A stretch of DNA of 64,000 bases. Origin: Candidatus Omnitrophota bacterium (GTDB lineage Bacteria; Omnitrophota; Gorgyraeia; Duberdicusellales; 4484-171). The notes beneath the pieces were generated by a model. That model made no database searches. It was not told the origin of the DNA and saw only the letters and a program-made list of their open reading frames with translations. Positions within the stretch are counted from its first letter, which is position 1, and the number at the start of each line of letters is the position of its first letter. Where the stretch lies: assembly GCA_003154195.1 (NCBI GenBank), contig PMCS01000029.1:24142-88141 (forward strand). Reading direction: 5' to 3'. Below, piece after piece: positions 58,963 to 64,000 of this stretch. A program made the position numbers and the translations under genes.

Positions 58963-60000
58963 TTAAAATTGCTCTAAGAATTTAACGTCATTCTCGGTAA
59001 ACAACCGAATATCGTCGATGCCGTATTTAAGCATGGCCGGCCGCTCCACGCCCATGCCAAAGGCAAACCCCTGGTATTTACTGGAATCAATCCCGCAAAA
59101 TTCAAGGACATGGGGATGAATCATGCCGCAGCCCAGAATCTCCAGCCACCCTTTGCCTTTACAGACACTGCACTTTTTCTCGCCCCGCACGTTGCCGGAG
59201 CACTTAAAACATGACACGTCCACTTCCGCCGACGGCTCGGTAAAAGGAAAAAAATGCGGCCGAAAACGCAGGCGGGCGTCACCGCTAAAAAATTCCCGCG
59301 CGAAATAAAATAAAACACCTTTTAAATGGCTGAAATTAATCTCCCTGTCCACGGCAAACCCTTCGATCTGGTGGAACATGAACGAATGCGTCGCGTCGAC
59401 TTCATCGGGCCGGTAAACCCTGCCGGGAGAAATTACCGCCAGCGGCGGCTTATTTTCCTCCATCACGCGTATTTGTGACGGCGAAGTATGACAGCGCAAA
59501 AGATGTTTGCCTTTTTCAGGGTCAACCGGCGGGATGTTCAGGTAAAACGTGTCGAAAGCATCGCGGGAAGGATGGTCGCCGGGAAAATTAAGGGCGGTAA
59601 AATTATGCCACTCGTCTTCAATCTCCGCTCCTTCAATAATGTCAAAACCTAATCTTTCGAAAATCGCGCAGATTTCCTGGTTAACCCGGCTTAAAATATG
59701 CAGGGAACCTTTATCGCCGGACGAAGCGGGAAAAGTTAAATCAAATTTTTCCTCGGATGATTGCGAACCTTTTAATTTTTCATCGAGGCAGGAAGTAATT
59801 TTCTGCTTAAGGATATTGAGGTTTCTACCGGCGCGCGCCTTCTCTTCTTTATTTAAAGAAACTATCCCGGCGAATAAATCATTTAAGCTCGATTTCCTGC
59901 CCAGGTACCTTACCCTTAAAAATTCTATATCCTGAGCGGTAACGGCATTCTTGATATCTTCATTGAATCGCGCTTCTAGGTTCTTAATATCATTATCCAT
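58963..60000 (-). CDS. pheS: Phenylalanyl-tRNA synthetase alpha subunit
   Basis: HTSPSQIR, FHQIEG, FPFTEPS, GFAFGMGVER. Confidence 0.98.
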   Translation of the reverse strand: MDNDIKNLEARFNEDIKNAVTAQDIEFLRVRYLGRKSSLNDLFAGIVSLNKEEKARAGRNLNILKQKITSCLDEKLKGSQSSEEKFDLTFPASSGDKGSLHILSRVNQEICAIFERLGFDIIEGAEIEDEWHNFTALNFPGDHPSRDAFDTFYLNIPPVDPEKGKHLLRCHTSPSQIRVMEENKPPLAVISPGRVYRPDEVDATHSFMFHQIEGFAVDREINFSHLKGVLFYFAREFFSGDARLRFRPHFFPFTEPSAEVDVSCFKCSGNVRGEKKCSVCKGKGWLEILGCGMIHPHVLEFCGIDSSKYQGFAFGMGVERPAMLKYGIDDIRLFTENDVKFLEQF

Positions 60001-60012
60001 ATATTTTTTATA

Positions 60013-60159
60013 CGCGGATAATCGCTGATTGGAGGATGCCGATGATCACAGATAATAGAAAATATTAAGATTCCTAACAAAATAATGTTTGTTTTGGGCC
60101 GTAGGATTTCATTATTTTATCAGTGATCATCTGTATCTTTTAATCCGTGACCATCTGCG
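60013..60159. repeat. Family H palindrome
   Basis: Arms homologous to 58722-58961. Confidence 0.88.
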
Positions 60160-60160
60160 A

Positions 60161-60502
60161 CTATTTAATGGTCTCGATTATTTTGTCGAAAACCCGAGGC
60201 TCTTCCGCGGCGATTTTTGCTAAAATATCCCGGGAGAGAATTACGTTTTTTAATTTAAGCCGGTGTATCAAATCCCGGTAGCTTAAGCCATGCTCCTTGG
60301 CTGCCGCGCCGATGCGGGTAATCCACAGGGATCGAAATTCCCGCTTTTTTGCCCTACGATCACGATAGGCATAAACGAGCGCGCGTCTTCTGGTCTCTTT
60401 GACGCGGCGTATATTCTTGGAACGTTTAAGAAAATATCCTTTGGCCGATTTGATTAATTTTTTTCTTCTTGCCCGCGAAGCTACTTTATTACGCGCTCTC
60501 AT
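60161..60502 (-). CDS. rplT: 50S ribosomal protein L20
   Basis: AKGY...AYRDRR.KKREFRSLWITRI. Confidence 0.97.
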   Translation of the reverse strand: MRARNKVASRARRKKLIKSAKGYFLKRSKNIRRVKETRRRALVYAYRDRRAKKREFRSLWITRIGAAAKEHGLSYRDLIHRLKLKNVILSRDILAKIAAEEPRVFDKIIETIK

Positions 60503-60650
60503 GTTTTATCTCCTTATGTTTTTTTACTTCGTAAAAAAACATTTGCCTCCGCTTACGCGGATATGTTATAAAAAATCCGAACCCTTAAATGATTACAAAA
60601 AATTGCCTGTTTTTATATTTTCCCTTTGTTCCCATAATTATCAACCCATA

Positions 60651-60730
60651 AAGGGAAAGTATGCCCGCCACAAATATAAATATTTAGGCGGGTCCGCCTT
60701 AGGCGGAAAAACCGCAGGTTTTCATTCAGC
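60651..60730 (-). repeat. Family C element
   Basis: Inverted copy of 675-753. Confidence 0.85.
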
Positions 60731-60771
60731 TAATTAAAAGCTAATTTTACCGCAGAAAAATTAGCTTTTAA

Positions 60772-60969
60772 TTAGGCGTAAGGTAGGGCGGCCCTGATCA
60801 TTTTAAATTCGACTTTGTCGATCGTCCCTTTTTTCCTTAAATTTCTTTTCCTCTTCTCCGACCTGCCGCTCAACAGATGCCGGCGGCCTGCCTTAGAATA
60901 TACCGCTTTACCTTTTTTAGTAATCCTGAACCTTTTCGCTACAGATTTTTTTGTTTTTAGTTTCGGCAT
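60772..60969 (-). CDS. rpmI: 50S ribosomal protein L35
   Basis: MPKLKTKKSVAKRF...H.L. Confidence 0.97.
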   Translation of the reverse strand: MPKLKTKKSVAKRFRITKKGKAVYSKAGRRHLLSGRSEKRKRNLRKKGTIDKVEFKMIRAALPYA

Positions 60970-61054
60970 GTTGACTCCTTTTATTTTTTGCTGCGCAAAA
61001 AATAACTGCCACCCGCCTCTGCGGATGGAAAAAGACGAAAAAATTACTTTTTAT

Positions 61055-61558
61055 TTATTTTGGGCCTAAAATCAACACCATCGTCCTTCCCAGCATTATC
61101 GCTTGTTTATCGATCTTCCCGACTTTTTCCACATCCTGCAGCAATTTCCCGATTAATCTATCGCCGATATCCCTATGAGCGATTTCCCTTCCCCGGAACA
61201 TCATTCTTATCTTCACTTTGTGTTTTTTTTCTAAAAACTCTCTTATATGATTTAATTTGATTTGGTAATCGTGATTATCGATCCTCGGGCTGATGCGCAT
61301 CTCTTTTAATTGCGTCTGCTTCTGATGCTTCCGGGCTTCCCTTTCTTTTTTTTCCTGTTCATAGCGGAATTTAGCGAAATCCATTATCCGGCACACCGGC
61401 GGATTTCCTTCCGGCGCGACCTCGACTAAATCCAGTTCAAACTCTTCGGCTTTCTTCAGCGCTAAATCCCGCGGAAACACCCCCAGTTGTTGGCCGTCGG
61501 GGCCGATCACGCGCATGGTCTTGGCAAAAATCCTTTCGTTTATTCTTACATATCTCAC
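61055..61558 (-). CDS. infC: Translation initiation factor IF-3
   Basis: RINERI, LDLVEVAP, PPVCRIMD, FRGRE. Confidence 0.97.
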   Translation of the reverse strand: MRYVRINERIFAKTMRVIGPDGQQLGVFPRDLALKKAEEFELDLVEVAPEGNPPVCRIMDFAKFRYEQEKKEREARKHQKQTQLKEMRISPRIDNHDYQIKLNHIREFLEKKHKVKIRMMFRGREIAHRDIGDRLIGKLLQDVEKVGKIDKQAIMLGRTMVLILGPK

Positions 61559-61671
61559 TAGCGCATACCTCCTTTGCTGAGCAGAAGATTCACAAATTTT
61601 TACCGGAATTTGTAAATCATACCCCTGACATTAGTGCTGTAGCGCAGCAAACTTGCCAAGGGGCCTGCGAA

Positions 61672-63393
61672 TTAACTTTCCGCCTTTAATCTCGCGACAA
61701 AATCCGCGACGCTCATCACCCCTATATTTTCCATCCCCCGCCGGCGGATAGATACGGTTTTATTTTCTTTTTCTTTCTTGCCGATAACAACCATATAGGG
61801 TATTTTAAGCATCTCTTTCTCTCTTATTTTTTTCTGTAAAGTTTCTCCGCTTAAATCAAGTTCTACCCGGAAATTATCTTTCTCTAAGATACTCTTGACC
61901 GCAGCGGCATAATCGGCTACTTCGGCCGTAATATTTAAAATACTGATCTGCACCGGAGCAAGCCAGAGAGGAAATCTTCCGGCGTAATGCTCGATAAGAA
62001 CACCCATGAACCGTTCCAGCGACCCCAGCAAAGCCCGGTGAATCATATACGGCTGTTTGTGCGTGTTGTCGGAATCATTATAGGAGAGTTCGAATAGTTT
62101 CGGCAAATTGAAATCGAATTGTATCGTAGAACACTGCCATTCACGGTCAAGGGCATCTTTAATCTTAATGTCTATCTTGGGCCCGTAAAACGCCCCTCCG
62201 CCTTCATCCATTTCGCATTCGAGGTTCTCGGCCTTAACCGCTTCTTGCAGCGCCGCGGTAGCTTCTTTCCATTGCGTCTCGTCCCCGACAAATTTTTCTT
62301 TTGGCTTTGTCGCCAGGTAAACTTTAAAAGACTCGAAGCCGAAAGATTTCAACATGAATAAACAAAATTTAAGTACATTGCGTATTTCCCCGGGCATCTG
62401 GTCCGGCCGGCAGATAATGTGCGCGTCATCCTGGGTAAAGCCCCGCACGCGCAGCAGGCCATGCAATACGCCGCTTTTTTCATACCGGTAAACCGTACCC
62501 AGCTCCGCCCAACGCAAAGGCAGCTCGCGATAAGAATGAGCGTGCTTCTTATACATCATAAGATGAAAAGGACAATTCATCGGTTTAACAAAATATTCCT
62601 GTTTATCGATTTCCATCGGCGCGTACATATTTTCCCTGTAAAAATCAAGATGGCCACTGGTCTGCCAGAGGCCGGCACGGCCCAGATGTGGCGTATAAAC
62701 AATTTCATAGCCGTTTTTATAATGCTGCTGGCGCCAAAAATCCTCGATGATCGTGCGCAGCCTGCCGCCTTTAGGATGCCAGAGGATCAAACCCGGGCCG
62801 ACATCTTCACAGACCGAATACAAATCCAGCTCCTGCCCAAGTTTGCGATGGTCGCGTTTTTTTGCCTCTTCTAATATTTTCAGGTAATTTTCCAATTCCT
62901 CTTTGCTGGGGAATGCCGTTCCGTAAATACGGACCAGCTGGGGATTGGAATCGATACCCCGCCAATAGGCTCCTGATGTTGAGAGAATCTTAAAATATTT
63001 GACTTCACCCGTTGACCCCACATGCGGTCCCCGGCAAAGATCGGTAAAATCGGCATGCCGGTAAATCGATACGACTGGCGTATTTAAACCTTTTATCAAC
63101 TCTACTTTATATTTTTCGCCTGCTTTTTCGAATAAGGCAATTGCCCCGCCGGAACTTATTTCTTCACGTTGAAAAGGCGAATTTTCGGCGACGATATCCC
63201 GCATGAGCTTTTCTATCTTTGCCAAATCATCTTCCTTAAAACCTCCGGCTATTTCGAAATCATAGTAGAATCCATTCTCGATCGCCGGCCCAATCCCGAG
63301 CTTCGCCTGGGGATAGAGCCGCTTCACGGCGCTGGCCATGATATGGGAACAGGAATGCCGTAAAATTTCTAACGAAAATTTATTACTTTCCAT
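61672..63393 (-). CDS. thrS: Threonyl-tRNA synthetase (no TGS domain)
   Basis: RHSCSH, DLCRGPH, RDHRKLG, KPMNCP, AFYGPKID. Confidence 0.98.
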   Translation of the reverse strand: MESNKFSLEILRHSCSHIMASAVKRLYPQAKLGIGPAIENGFYYDFEIAGGFKEDDLAKIEKLMRDIVAENSPFQREEISSGGAIALFEKAGEKYKVELIKGLNTPVVSIYRHADFTDLCRGPHVGSTGEVKYFKILSTSGAYWRGIDSNPQLVRIYGTAFPSKEELENYLKILEEAKKRDHRKLGQELDLYSVCEDVGPGLILWHPKGGRLRTIIEDFWRQQHYKNGYEIVYTPHLGRAGLWQTSGHLDFYRENMYAPMEIDKQEYFVKPMNCPFHLMMYKKHAHSYRELPLRWAELGTVYRYEKSGVLHGLLRVRGFTQDDAHIICRPDQMPGEIRNVLKFCLFMLKSFGFESFKVYLATKPKEKFVGDETQWKEATAALQEAVKAENLECEMDEGGGAFYGPKIDIKIKDALDREWQCSTIQFDFNLPKLFELSYNDSDNTHKQPYMIHRALLGSLERFMGVLIEHYAGRFPLWLAPVQISILNITAEVADYAAAVKSILEKDNFRVELDLSGETLQKKIREKEMLKIPYMVVIGKKEKENKTVSIRRRGMENIGVMSVADFVARLKAES

Positions 63394-63823
63394 AAAATTC
63401 TTTAATCGCTTTTTGTAAATTGGAACGTGTCGCTACCACAAGCTTTATGCTGCAACCGGCTACGCTTTCTAAATTACCGATTAATTCGAAATCAGTGGGG
63501 TCAAACACGGCTACCGTCAATGATGATAAATCACGGCAAAGCGCCAGCGCATTGCGCCGCGCGGCAAATTCATAGGGGATAAGCTCTTCTAAATTTTCCT
63601 CGGGGATAGGATATAAACGGTTATCTTCCGGACGGATAAAGGCAAGGTTATATTCGCGGCTTAAAAATCCGGCGATCACCTCTTCTTTAACATGGCCGTA
63701 ATCAACCATTAACTCAATAATACTTTTGCGTTCCTTTTTTTGCGCTTGCGTGATTTCTTCCAGCTGCGCTTGCGTGATTAAACGTTCCTGGAGAAGTCTA
63801 TTTTCCAAACGGCTTAGTGTCAT
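63383..63823 (-). CDS. Standalone MshEN/T2SSE N-terminal domain protein
   Basis: RL...LL....IT..QL; VAVFDP; resembles 48875-49318. Confidence 0.78.
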   Translation of the reverse strand: MTLSRLENRLLQERLITQAQLEEITQAQKKERKSIIELMVDYGHVKEEVIAGFLSREYNLAFIRPEDNRLYPIPEENLEELIPYEFAARRNALALCRDLSSLTVAVFDPTDFELIGNLESVAGCSIKLVVATRSNLQKAIKEFYGK

Positions 63824-64000
63824 CTTTAGGATTATTGGTTATGAATTCTCCCGATTCGATCTTCTCACAAATATAACAAAGTTCATCTAACACGGCAATA
63901 AAATTATCTTCACTTTTAAACAAGTTTACGCTCAATAAATAGGTAGGATCGGCAAAACCGACCAGTTTGTTTTTAAGTAAACTGAGCGCGCGTTTTTTAA
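63798..64000 (-). CDS. Partial hypothetical protein (3' end)
   Basis: Open frame ...KKRALSLLKNKLVGFADP...KPFGK* running off the window end. Confidence 0.55.
   Translation of the reverse strand, partial: KKRALSLLKNKLVGFADPTYLLSVNLFKSEDNFIAVLDELCYICEKIESGEFITNNPKDDTKPFGK

Noticed and set aside
61570-61670. L20 leader upstream of infC
   Set aside because: Hairpins are present but the conserved L20-leader motifs are not recognisable.
1-64000. Remaining short antisense ORFs in the track; tRNA and rRNA genes
   Set aside because: The ORFs are shadows of well-supported genes; no tRNA or rRNA signatures were recognised by eye.

Overview
Bacterial chromosome segment, probably Candidatus Omnitrophota (inferred from the signal-peptide/GGIDFNP modular protein family, standalone MshEN proteins and the T4P/T2SS locus; not verified). 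Most genes are on the minus strand. From the right end: thrS-infC-rpmI-rplT-pheS-pheT, two tandem 6S-like RNAs, rarA, accA, a c-di-GMP-flavoured type IV pilus/T2SS locus (two PilB, PilC, PilMNO, secretin, ExeA, pilin), rlmN and recN. Next is an uncharacterised B12-radical-SAM/sugar-phosphate cluster split by a complete integron with TA-rich cassettes. The left end holds an omptin, RsmF, HU, a 1312-aa modular secreted protein (a CheD-like deamidase and two nucleotidyltransferase-like domains) and a partial ygfA. The most striking non-genic feature is a set of about a dozen families of palindromic mini-elements. They fill many intra-operon gaps, nest inside one another, supply C-terminal tails to housekeeping genes and sit in frame inside the modular protein. 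All calls come from reading motifs by eye; no database searches were run.
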